From positions 3,453,752 through 3,517,751 of the forward strand of contig OZ246006.1 of the NCBI GenBank assembly GCA_965230505.1: a DNA stretch of 64,000 bases, written 5' to 3'. Positions 27,243 through 36,421 of the stretch are shown here, piece by piece. A program made the translations under genes and the position numbers. How positions within the stretch are numbered: the first letter of the stretch is position 1; the number at the start of each line of letters is the position of its first letter. The notes beneath the pieces were generated by a model. It ran no database searches, was not told where the DNA came from, and saw nothing but the letters and a program-made list of their open reading frames with translations. The DNA comes from Kangiellaceae bacterium. GTDB lineage: Bacteria > Pseudomonadota > Gammaproteobacteria > Enterobacterales > Kangiellaceae.

Positions 27243-28497
27243 AAACAAAAAAGTAAATGCTTGGTTAAACGAGTTAGCCTCCAAGGCTAAACCTGATGTT
27301 AACGAATGCATTGAATACTTGGGCGAGAACTTTGAGTGGCTATACGAACTCAAAAATACACCTCAAGATCCTGAGTGGCACGCTGAAGGAAACGTACACA
27401 TCCACACAGATATGGTGCTCGCAAAGCTTTACAATTTGCTGGATAACGAAGCTTCTCATCTTAACGGCAAGCAACGACAAGCATTGATACTGGGCGCGCT
27501 TTTCCATGATATAGCTAAACCTATGCGGACGAAGAAAATAGAGATTAACGACGTTTTGCGAGTGGTTAGCCCACAACATGAATCAGTTGGTCGCTCCTAT
27601 CTAGCCTTTAAGCTAATGGAGTTGGAGCTTGAATTTGATGTAGTTTGGAATGTCTTAGGTTTAGTTGGAGAGCACCATATGCCAAAGTTGTTGGCTGTTA
27701 GAAACAAGGCAAAGGGTGATTACCTTGCTCTATCTCGGCGAGCAAACCTCGAACTCTTGTATTGGTTAGAAACCGCGGATATGAAAGGCCGAAGTTGCCC
27801 CGATTTGCCTTTGCAGCTACAACATTTGGCGGAATTTAAAATGTTTGCTGAAGAATATGGTGTTTGGAATAAACCCCATGAACTTGAGCAGGATTTTCTC
27901 AAGCTAGTTGAAGCTGAGAGTGACTCCATGGCGAGCTATATTCAGGCGTATGCTGTGTCAGAGTTAGAAAGTGGTGTTATTTCTCTACCCATTGAGGCGG
28001 TCGCTCGCACATTTGAATATAGGGAAAGCTATTCGAACTTGGTAGTCATTTGTGGTCCGAGTGGTTCAGGAAAAACCACTTGGATAGGAAATAACTGTGC
28101 AGACCATGTGCTGATTTCTCTTGACGATATAAGAGAAGAAATCAACGGAGATCGTAGAAGCCAGAAAAACAAGGGAAAGGTCATTCACCTTGCTCGAGAC
28201 CGACTGAAGCAGGCCTTGCGGAATAAACAAGATGTCGTTTGGGATGCGACTAATCTGCGCTCAGATTTCAGAAAAATCATTTGTGATCTCGGGCGTGATT
28301 ATCATGCCTTAGTCACCATTGTTTTGTTTATGTTGCCGGAGTCAATTATTTACCAAAATAATCGAAATCGAGAGTATGCGGTTCCGGAAGATGTATTGCT
28401 TAAGCAGTTTGAAGATTTTCAGTTTCCGTTAGTCAATGAGGCGCATTATTTTCAGATTGTTGGTGAGAAGGGGGAACTGCTTTTTTCGAACGAATAA
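27229..28497 (+). CDS. HD-domain phosphohydrolase fused to P-loop polynucleotide kinase (Pnkp-like RNA end-healing enzyme)
   Basis: HD motif (H...LFHDIAKP) in the N-terminal half. GPSGSGKTT Walker A and kinase-like C-terminal half. Start overlaps the ligase gene. Confidence 0.7.
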   Translation: MKPNKNKKVNAWLNELASKAKPDVNECIEYLGENFEWLYELKNTPQDPEWHAEGNVHIHTDMVLAKLYNLLDNEASHLNGKQRQALILGALFHDIAKPMRTKKIEINDVLRVVSPQHESVGRSYLAFKLMELELEFDVVWNVLGLVGEHHMPKLLAVRNKAKGDYLALSRRANLELLYWLETADMKGRSCPDLPLQLQHLAEFKMFAEEYGVWNKPHELEQDFLKLVEAESDSMASYIQAYAVSELESGVISLPIEAVARTFEYRESYSNLVVICGPSGSGKTTWIGNNCADHVLISLDDIREEINGDRRSQKNKGKVIHLARDRLKQALRNKQDVVWDATNLRSDFRKIICDLGRDYHALVTIVLFMLPESIIYQNNRNREYAVPEDVLLKQFEDFQFPLVNEAHYFQIVGEKGELLFSNE

Positions 28498-28593
28498 AGA
28501 CTATTACAAGGATTAGACCATGAGATATCGTTTAATTTTAAAAGAAAAGGGATTTGTTATCCATTAGTTAAATTCAACTAATGGAGAACAAAA

Positions 28594-28797
28594 ATGAAAT
28601 GTAATTATTTTCGCTACCCCAATAGCACCAATGAAATGCGACAGTTCTATGCGTCTAATGACAATGAACTAGGAATCCGTATTAAAGTTCGAGGAAGAAG
28701 AAGGCCTAAAAGGTTACCGAATTCTTGGGATGATATTAATTCAGAGAATCAACGGTGCTGGAAGACTCGGCGCAAAAATCAATGGAAAGTCACTTAG
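28594..28797 (+). CDS. Small basic hypothetical protein (67 aa)
   Basis: GGAG RBS 8 nt upstream. No similarity recognised. Confidence 0.3.
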   Translation: MKCNYFRYPNSTNEMRQFYASNDNELGIRIKVRGRRRPKRLPNSWDDINSENQRCWKTRRKNQWKVT

Positions 28798-28988
28798 AAC
28801 TAGTTCTGGTGACTTTCTATTAATTAAATCTCAGATGACGGACGATTCTAATTTATGGCAACCCGATACGGTGATTGAATCAAAGACCATTGTATCTGCT
28901 AGATAGTGCATTGTCGGGTATCGCTACAAGCTCAACACCGACCTACTTTGAGTCGACTTGTGTTTCTAGGATAATGGGCCGCCCAAAA

Positions 28989-29762
28989 TTAGAGCACCCG
29001 ATGAAATAACTCATTCAACTCCTCAAAGTCGAAACTTCTCCCCAATTCAGTGCCACTATAATCTTCAAGCCTTTCAAGCTGAGAGGTAATAAACTGATTA
29101 ATAACAGGTACCGCCGGCGCAATCTCTTTTTCCATGGCTTGCTTTTTTCGCTCGATCAAATCGGTAATTGCTAAATCAAGTTCGGAACCTGTCTCAAGCA
29201 TTTGCCTGAGAGTATCAAACTCAATGGGTGCTGGCGTACGATACTTCTCCATCCACAAGATCGAGAGCAACGGTCTTAAAACGTAAAAATATTTCTTAAG
29301 TGGAACCATTGGTTTACGCAAATATCCTCTATAGTTGGTTTTAGCCATACTTCGATAATGGTATATCCCTTTATTAATCGAGTAGCTCGACGCCAGCATT
29401 TTCCTAGCAGACTCAGCGAATACTCCGTCGTCTCGATAGACAATAGATGAGTGCAGCCATTCAACAAATGAAGGGTTGGATTTTTTGAACAGCCTTAATG
29501 CTTTGCGAACATCCCATCCGCTGATATCTATTTCATCGACAATCGGGTATTCGATAACGTCGCGTTTCTCCTCGAGATCAACAGCGACATACCAATCTTT
29601 GGGATGGGCATAGATAAACCTGACATCATAGTCACTGTTAGGTGAAGCAAACCCCCAGGCTCTACTGCCTGATTCGACAGCGTAGAGGACTTTTACATTG
29701 TGCTCTTGTTCTGCAGCATCGATTCTTCGTTGAATTTCTTGTTCTATTTCTTTTGGTATCAT
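28989..29762 (-). CDS. RlaP-type (pol-beta superfamily) nucleotidyltransferase
   Basis: GSRAWGFASPNSDYDVRFIY nucleotidyltransferase core, typical of the RNA-repair-associated PF10127-like family. Confidence 0.65.
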   Translation of the reverse strand: MIPKEIEQEIQRRIDAAEQEHNVKVLYAVESGSRAWGFASPNSDYDVRFIYAHPKDWYVAVDLEEKRDVIEYPIVDEIDISGWDVRKALRLFKKSNPSFVEWLHSSIVYRDDGVFAESARKMLASSYSINKGIYHYRSMAKTNYRGYLRKPMVPLKKYFYVLRPLLSILWMEKYRTPAPIEFDTLRQMLETGSELDLAITDLIERKKQAMEKEIAPAVPVINQFITSQLERLEDYSGTELGRSFDFEELNELFHRVL

Positions 29763-29795
29763 GGTAATACTTCTTTGTTATTCGTTCTATTCAGT

Positions 29796-30767
29796 TTATT
29801 CGTTTATTTGCTTGGTGACCAACCGGTTCTTATCCAAGTGATATCTATCAAGATCATTAGCCAACCAAAGGTTACCCCTAAAATATTGCTTAGCTTCGTT
29901 TTCAACCTCGTCAATAGAATCGGATTTATCACTGTCAGGCTGATAGCGCGCACTGAAGTGAGTAAGAATCAAATTCTTAATACCCGATTGCTCCGCAAAT
30001 TGAGCGACTCTCTTAGCGCAACTGTGTTGTGGTCCTGAACCTACTTTTTCTGAAACAGCGCTAGTGTAGGTCGACTCATGAACCAATAGGTCCGCTTCTT
30101 TTGCCGCTTGCGCTAAAAGGTCTGGGGTATCATTATCACCACCGATAACGATCTTTCTCGCTCTCTCTAATGGTAAATAGCAATCGGTGGCTTGGATTTC
30201 TTGTCCATTGTCTAGCGTAATTGACTGACCACTTTGAAGCTGACCCCATAAAGGTCCTCGTTCAATACTCAGTTTTTGTAACTTATCAACATCCAATCGA
30301 TTTGAGCGATTATTCTCAGTGAAGCTATAAGCAAAACTCGGCACTCGATGAGAGAGTTCAATCGCTTCGATTTTAAATTCCTTATCCTTATCATATAAAC
30401 CAAGTGATTCCGCAGAAACAAACACTATCGAGTAATTTAAGTATGTATCGGTTAGCTTAAACGTTGATGTAACGAATTCTTCGATACCTTTTGGCGCAAT
30501 AATAGTTAATGGCTCAGTGCGACCTGTCATTGCGGTAGTTGCTAGTAGTCCCGGTAATCCGTAACAATGGTCACCATGCACATGAGTAATGCATATTGTC
30601 TTTAAGTTTTTTAAAGACAGTTTTGTATGCAATAGTTGATGTTGCGTGCCTTCGCCACAATCGATTAGGGTCCATGATTTGCTGTCTTGTTTTTTTAATG
30701 CAAGACCGCTGACATTTCGGGATTTTGTTGGGACTCCGGAGGAGGTTCCTAAGAATGTGATTTCCAT
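29796..30767 (-). CDS. rnz: Ribonuclease Z / BN (tRNA 3' endonuclease, metallo-beta-lactamase fold)
   Basis: FLGTSSGVPT..RNV, DCGEGTQHQLLHT, HVHGDH..GLPGLL. Near-collinear with E. coli RNase BN. Confidence 0.85.
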   Translation of the reverse strand: MEITFLGTSSGVPTKSRNVSGLALKKQDSKSWTLIDCGEGTQHQLLHTKLSLKNLKTICITHVHGDHCYGLPGLLATTAMTGRTEPLTIIAPKGIEEFVTSTFKLTDTYLNYSIVFVSAESLGLYDKDKEFKIEAIELSHRVPSFAYSFTENNRSNRLDVDKLQKLSIERGPLWGQLQSGQSITLDNGQEIQATDCYLPLERARKIVIGGDNDTPDLLAQAAKEADLLVHESTYTSAVSEKVGSGPQHSCAKRVAQFAEQSGIKNLILTHFSARYQPDSDKSDSIDEVENEAKQYFRGNLWLANDLDRYHLDKNRLVTKQINE

Positions 30768-30948
30768 ATTGTTCTATCTTTTTGAGTTATAAATTAAATT
30801 TTAAGTTCAAAAGCGTTTCGCATCGCTTTGCTTGTATGCGACCTACTTTTGCCAAGAGCTGCAAAAATAGGCAAAAGAGCCCTCGTTTCAGCGAACTAGA
30901 ACAGTGCTTGTTGCAAGTTTTAACAAAATTTCCACATCTAGCTTGTTG

Positions 30949-31388
30949 TAAGCGAATCAAAGGGAAGAGAAAAACTCGCTGCGCTCAAACAATTCTCTTC
31001 CTATTCTTTGATTCATTCATTTCAGGTTGCCGTTCACAAGCACTAGGCAGAAAGGCATGATTTCCTAGCTCCCTTCGACTCTGCTCAGGACACCGCGCTT
31101 CGACTCCGCTCAGGGCAACGCCCAGCACATTTTTTAACTTTTGACCTTCGCCCAGTGCCTACGAACGAGACATTGAAACTCATGAATTCAAAGGTCAGAA
31201 GGAGAGTTGTTTGAGCACCGCGAGTTCTCTCCTTCCTTTGAATTCACTTTCAACAAGTTCCTAGACTGAAATCATGTTTTAGCTTTCAAAGTTCTCCAGA
31301 CTAGTTCGTTTAACGTGAAGCGCTTTTGCATACTTTTGGGGCTTAAGCCAAAAGTTTGTCGCAGTCAGAGCGCAGCGCTGCGAAACGC
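30949..31388. repeat. ~440-bp structured repeat, copy A
   Basis: About 80% identical to 34484-34888. Contains two mutually inverted long hairpins and a palindromic stem CTTTTGG..CCAAAAG. Confidence 0.85.
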
Positions 31389-31427
31389 CCTTAAAAAAGA
31401 AAGCGGGAAATCCCTTTCCCACTCCCA

Positions 31428-32573
31428 TCATCTCTCTGCAATCTTAACCATATCCTTCATAACTCCCTCCAATCCATTGTAAACAGTCATTTGGTCAATC
31501 TTACCAGTAATTCGTTCCAATACCTCTAATTCCTTTAGACGCATTAGAGTTGCATTGCCTTCCATTACCTTTGCCGTGTTATGCAATGAGCGTGTCGCCT
31601 GAGTTTCTTCGCGACGTTTAATTAAGTTAGCTTCGGCACATTTTTGTGCTTCAACCACTTGATTTAAAATGCTCTTCATATCACCTGGCAAGATAATGTC
31701 TTTCACACCGACATCCAATACTTGTAGTCCGTAGGTGAGGGCTTTTTCCTTGATCTGCTTTTCTACTACTTGATTCACAATATCCTTGTCTTGCAATATA
31801 GCATCAAGTGTTCGAGTACCAACTACTTCTCTTAATGCCAGTTGAAATTCTCGATACAAGAATTCAGAATGGTTCTTAAGCAAAGTAGCAACTTTTTCAG
31901 TTTCAGCAATTTTGTAACTTGCAGACAAGTTAACACGCAAACTAACTCGATCTTTGGTCAGTATTTCTTGACCGCTGACTTCCATGGTTTGCAAGCGACA
32001 ATCCAATCGAGTGACCTCGATATTTCGATTGAAACGCCAGTATCCATAGTTGCCTGGTTGCAAAAGGCTTTCAAGCTTTCCGTTAACTTTCAAAAGCCCA
32101 ACATGGTTATCTGGGACTTCGATGTAGTAGATTGCACTCACGCCGGCGCTATAAATGGTACTTACTTTATTGCGGACTAGTGCAGCAAGTAATTTTCCAT
32201 CAACTTGAAAGCGATCCTCTATATCAAGAATCTTAACTTCGACTTTGACTGCCAAATTCCAGTACATTTTAAACGTGTTTGGTGCAAGTATATCTACCAG
32301 CTTATCGTCAAAATAAACGACACCAACTTGATTTTCCTTAATATCAAAACTAATAACTTGCTCGCCTAAGTGCTCACCGTAAGCGGTTATCAAGAAGCGT
32401 CCCAAGTGGTGATTCAATTCCGCTTTAGTAATATCATAGCGAAACAGGGTCACCGCGCCGGATAAATCAAACACTCGATGTTGGCCTGGTTCGAGTATTT
32501 TTTCAAATCTGTTTTTTCTAAATGCCAATACACGTTCGTTATCAGCCACATTAATTATTTTCATTCCTAGCAT
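31428..32573 (-). CDS. SPFH/band-7 (slipin-like) domain protein
   Basis: C-terminal 200 aa show the SPFH pattern (TKDRVSLRVNLS...LREVVGTRTLDAIL...GLQVLDVGVKDIILP). Confidence 0.7.
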   Translation of the reverse strand: MLGMKIINVADNERVLAFRKNRFEKILEPGQHRVFDLSGAVTLFRYDITKAELNHHLGRFLITAYGEHLGEQVISFDIKENQVGVVYFDDKLVDILAPNTFKMYWNLAVKVEVKILDIEDRFQVDGKLLAALVRNKVSTIYSAGVSAIYYIEVPDNHVGLLKVNGKLESLLQPGNYGYWRFNRNIEVTRLDCRLQTMEVSGQEILTKDRVSLRVNLSASYKIAETEKVATLLKNHSEFLYREFQLALREVVGTRTLDAILQDKDIVNQVVEKQIKEKALTYGLQVLDVGVKDIILPGDMKSILNQVVEAQKCAEANLIKRREETQATRSLHNTAKVMEGNATLMRLKELEVLERITGKIDQMTVYNGLEGVMKDMVKIAER

Positions 32574-32969
32574 CTTCGTTCTCCTTATCTAATCTACAAC
32601 GATGCTTGTCTGTTGTTCTTCCTAATAAGTCGGCTTCCTGCAACTAGCTTGTAATGACTACTTAGGAATACTGGGAAATGAACTGAGAGGAGAGTAACTT
32701 AGTTGCATTAAGCATTAGTTTTATTTCCCCAACGAGGTTGTAAAAACTAAACGAATACAAGTCCGTTGCTCTCATCAGTTTACTTCGCGGCAAGCCAACC
32801 CATAGTGATTGGTCGATAGTTGCGGTGGAGCAATTTTTAGAGTTAAATCAATGTTGCTGATTAACTCCGCTACTCGCTGCACAGAAGCCTGGGTGTTTCT
32901 CTGAGGAGTCGAACCTCAACCTTTCGGTTTACCGGCTATTTTTTAAAAATAGAATCGATTTTCAGTCGA

Positions 32970-33046
32970 TGGTTACTTAGGTCGGAATCGAACCGACTAC
33001 CTATAGAGTAAATATCTATTGCTCTACCCAAATGAGCTACAAAGTA
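32970..33046 (-). ncRNA. tRNA-Lys(TTT)-like gene with A33 and one acceptor mismatch, located inside the rtc operon
   Basis: On the minus strand: TACTTTG acceptor, GCTC-ATTTGGGTA-GAGC D-arm, ATAGA-TATTTAC-TCTAT anticodon arm, GTCGG-TTCGATT-CCGAC T-arm, CTAAGTA-A-CCA. Confidence 0.5.
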
Positions 33047-33226
33047 GTGGTGTCTAGAATTAATAATCAAACTTGGTATACAGAAAGGTATGCCCGCTGC
33101 ACCAGACTGACCCGAGTGTTTATCCTCAGCAATCAGAGCTGCTAAATTTGTCATTATTTCCTAAACGCTTTTGGAAAAGCAGAATGACTATTCTGACTTT
33201 TCGCATTCTTTTTTAAATTTGTGATC

Positions 33227-34264
33227 TCAAGATTTTAGTCCCGTGATTACCACTTTCACTGTGTCTTCATCTATTTCGGTCACGCTAATGGCGTTGTCAA
33301 TAAATCGATTGATCACATCTATATTCGTTGTTACATGCTCGCTCATAGAATGAGTAATAAAGCTTCCGCCTTTACTTAAGACCATTGGCAACAATAGCTG
33401 ATCGGCTAAATGTTCACCAACCACAGCTTTTGAATTAAGAAATCGATTCAATTTTTTAATCGCTTTACCAGCGACTCGCTCAGCAGTGACTCCTTTTTGT
33501 GCCACTTCATCAAATAATTCTGTCGTATTCTCAAACTCTAAGCTCAATGAAATTAAGTTGCCGGGACCAAATGCCTCGACTTCTTTTTCAAGTAGCTCTT
33601 CAGAACTCCAATTCAATTTTTGAACAACTTTTTTCAACTCTCTTTGACTCACCGACATTGGGATCTTTGAAGTAAAAGTTGTGGCGTTCCTTGCCACTAG
33701 ATCACCTCTATCTAACATTTTTAACCTTCTTGTTTCTTTTTTCGGCTTAATGATTGCTGTCCACTGACCACCACCATTAGGGTAGAAACCATATCTGTCT
33801 AGCTTGCAGTCAACCCTATGTCCAATCTTACTAATCGCTTTATTAAAGCTCTTAGTAATAAACTCATAACTAGGCGCTTGCATATTGTGAGTACCGCCTT
33901 CCAAACTCACAGATGATTCTCCTTCAGCTTGAAGTAATGCTGGTAAGATGGTTTGGAAAACCAAACTAGTACTACCTGCCGTACCGATAGCAAATCGATA
34001 CTCCCCACATTTTATTTTCCCTGGAGCGAAGTCGATATAACTTGATTTAAGTTCATCACCCTCGACCTGAGCATCACAGATTGTTTTAGCTGCTCGAACG
34101 CAGGTTAAGTGCTGGCGGAGTAGCCCTGGTTTTTTTCTTCCTGCTCGAATGTTTTCAATTCGAATGGGAGTTTGTAAACACATTGATAGAGAGAGGGAAG
34201 TGCGGAGGATTTGTCCACCGCCTTCGCCTTGGCTGCCATCAATAGTGATTTTTTGCTTATTCAT
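33227..34264 (-). CDS. rtcA: RNA 3'-terminal phosphate cyclase
   Basis: IDGSQGEGGGQILRTSLSLS and near-collinearity with E. coli RtcA. Confidence 0.9.
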   Translation of the reverse strand: MNKQKITIDGSQGEGGGQILRTSLSLSMCLQTPIRIENIRAGRKKPGLLRQHLTCVRAAKTICDAQVEGDELKSSYIDFAPGKIKCGEYRFAIGTAGSTSLVFQTILPALLQAEGESSVSLEGGTHNMQAPSYEFITKSFNKAISKIGHRVDCKLDRYGFYPNGGGQWTAIIKPKKETRRLKMLDRGDLVARNATTFTSKIPMSVSQRELKKVVQKLNWSSEELLEKEVEAFGPGNLISLSLEFENTTELFDEVAQKGVTAERVAGKAIKKLNRFLNSKAVVGEHLADQLLLPMVLSKGGSFITHSMSEHVTTNIDVINRFIDNAISVTEIDEDTVKVVITGLKS

Positions 34265-34483
34265 TTCATTCTCGTCAATTTTTATTTAAGTGCCTATTTC
34301 GCAGCGCTGCGCTCCGACTGCGGCAGTTTTTTGCTCCTGCAAAAACTGCATACCGGTCATCCGTGACCATAACTTACTTTTGCCCAAAGCGGCGAAAGTA
34401 ACCAAAAGCGCTTTCCGTTTCAGCGAACTAGTTATTTACTTGTTGTTAGTTCACCTATTATTTTTACGGCTTTACTTGCTGTG

Positions 34484-34888
34484 AGCGAATCTAAGGGAAG
34501 AAAAAAACTCGCTGCGCTCAAACAATTCTCTTCCTATTCTTTGATTCGTTCATTCCACATTGCCGTTCACAAGCACTCGGCAGGAATGCGATACCTCCTA
34601 TCTCCTATCTCCTATCTCCTAGCTCCATCTGTTCTTTTATCTTCCGCCCAGTGCCTACGAACGACACATTGAAACTCATGAATTCAAAGAACAGAAGGAG
34701 AGCTGCCTGAGCACCGCGAGTTCTCTCCTTCCTTTGAATTCACTTACAGCAAGTTCCGTCACGGAAATTGGGTATGTACTCTAAGCAAATTCGAATCAAG
34801 TTCGTTTTAACGTGAAGCGTTTTTGGCTACTTTTGCCGCTTAGGGCAAAAGTGACTCGCATGCAAGCGCAGCGATGCGAAACGCCTTT
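34484..34888. repeat. ~440-bp structured repeat, copy B (contains a (CTCCTAT)x4 microsatellite at 34596-34623)
   Basis: Homologous to 30949-31388. The palindromic stem shows a compensatory change (CTTTTGC..GCAAAAG versus CTTTTGG..CCAAAAG). Confidence 0.85.
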
Positions 34889-34930
34889 GATCTTCAAAGC
34901 TGTTTAAATCAGCTAAAAAGCTGACCCAAA

Positions 34931-36181
34931 CTACCCCTTAACACATACAACCTGCTTCAAAGTATGTACTACTTCAACCAAATCACTCTGTGCTTCCATG
35001 ACCTTATCAATATCCTTATAAGCTGATGGTGTCTCGTCAATCACATCCTTATCTTTTCGACATTCAACACCTTTGGTTGCTTGCAAATGTTCTTCCATTG
35101 AAACCACTTTTTTAGCTTGGGTTCTTGACATCACTCGCCCTGCGCCATGACTACAACTACAAAAGCTATCTTGGTTTCCGAGTCCCCTAACTATGAAGGA
35201 TCTTGCTCCCATACTTCCGGGAATAATCCCCATCTCACCCTCCCTGGCTCTCACTGCTCCTTTCCTCGTCACAATGACATTCTTACCAAAGTGATGCTCC
35301 CTTGAGATGTAGTTATGATGACAGTTCACCGCTTCTAAACTTGCCTCAAACTCAAAGCTCAAACTTGATTTAACTGCGGCAATCACTCTTTGCATCATCA
35401 CCTCTCTGTTAGTTCTTGCGAAGTTTTGAGCCCACTCAACAGCTTCTACATAATCGTTAAAGTGGTCGCTTCCTTCAGGCAAATAGGCCAAATCTTTATC
35501 CGGCAAGTTGATATGCCAACGTTGCATATCTTTTTTAGCCTGTTCGATAAAGTGAGTTCCAATTCTGTTTCCCACACCTCTCGAACCGCTATGTAACATA
35601 AACCAAACTTGATTTTTTTGGTCTAAGCAGACTTCGATAAAATGGTTTCCAGTTCCCAATGTTCCTAAGTGTGCTACGTTGTTAGTGTTCTTTAACACAG
35701 CGTGTTTTTCACATAATCGATCAAAATCTGGCGACAGGTTTTTCCATGCTCCAATAACATCAGCCGGTAAATCATTCCATGAGCCTTTATCTCTTCCTCG
35801 TCTCGCTCGAGCTGAACGTCCATGTGGTACTGCTGCCTCAATGGCGGTTCTAATCGCAAACAAATTGTCAGGTAGTTGACTAGCATTCATCGACGTTTTA
35901 ACGGCCATCATTCCGCAGCCGATATCAACACCAACCGCCGCTGGAATAACCGCACCTAATGTTGGCACTACGCTTCCAATCGTCGCACCTTTACCAAGGT
36001 GAACGTCCGGCATAGCAGCGACCCATTTATGGATAAAAGGCAGAGAAGCAATATTCTTCAACTGTTGTCTGGCTTTATCTTCAAACGGTACACCTTTGGT
36101 CCAAGACTTAATCGGTACACCGGTTGATTGCATGACTTCGTAGTTTGCCGGAGTTGCTTTTGTTTCAGTATTAATTTCCAT
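34931..36181 (-). CDS. rtcB: RtcB RNA ligase (canonical)
   Basis: HLGKGATIGSV, GVDIGCGM, GTGNHFIE, HSGSRGVGN, CSHGAGR. 416 aa. Confidence 0.95.
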   Translation of the reverse strand: MEINTETKATPANYEVMQSTGVPIKSWTKGVPFEDKARQQLKNIASLPFIHKWVAAMPDVHLGKGATIGSVVPTLGAVIPAAVGVDIGCGMMAVKTSMNASQLPDNLFAIRTAIEAAVPHGRSARARRGRDKGSWNDLPADVIGAWKNLSPDFDRLCEKHAVLKNTNNVAHLGTLGTGNHFIEVCLDQKNQVWFMLHSGSRGVGNRIGTHFIEQAKKDMQRWHINLPDKDLAYLPEGSDHFNDYVEAVEWAQNFARTNREVMMQRVIAAVKSSLSFEFEASLEAVNCHHNYISREHHFGKNVIVTRKGAVRAREGEMGIIPGSMGARSFIVRGLGNQDSFCSCSHGAGRVMSRTQAKKVVSMEEHLQATKGVECRKDKDVIDETPSAYKDIDKVMEAQSDLVEVVHTLKQVVCVKG

Positions 36182-36240
36182 TTTGTTCTCTTTTCTTATC
36201 TTCTAAAGCTAATAACTCGATTTAATTGACAACCTAACAT

Positions 36241-36258
36241 AGCGAGCAGCGTGCCAAC
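36241..36258 (-). promoter_or_regulatory. Sigma-54 promoter for rtcB (TGGCAC-N5-TCGCT on minus strand)
   Basis: The reverse complement of 36241-36257 reads TTGGCACGCTGCTCGCT. The GG and GC elements sit at consensus spacing, about 60 nt upstream of the rtcB ATG. Confidence 0.6.
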
Positions 36259-36363
36259 TTTTTTAATTTTAAAATAAAATCCTCTAACTTGCTGTTATAT
36301 AAAGGTTTTAAATCTTTTGCAGAAATTCGATAGTCTCAAAAGTGATATCAGTTTATTTTGATA

Positions 36364-36400
36364 AATATCGAAAAAGATAATAAAATATCGTAAAAGATAT
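36364..36400. promoter_or_regulatory. Two 17-bp direct repeats (AAATATCG[A/T]AAAAGATA), candidate RtcR binding sites
   Basis: Tandem near-identical repeats 3 bp apart. They sit between the sigma-54 promoter and the divergent rtcR start. Confidence 0.35.
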
Positions 36401-36421
36401 CAGGTTGCCGGTAGGAATAAA

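Noticed and set aside
30782-31060. 92-aa ORF downstream of rnz
   Set aside because: It lies within structured repeat A, which has an equivalent copy at 34484-34888 without this ORF.
32936-33154. 72-aa ORF in the rtcA-SPFH gap
   Set aside because: It overlaps the minus-strand tRNA-like gene. The region is better explained as non-coding RNA.
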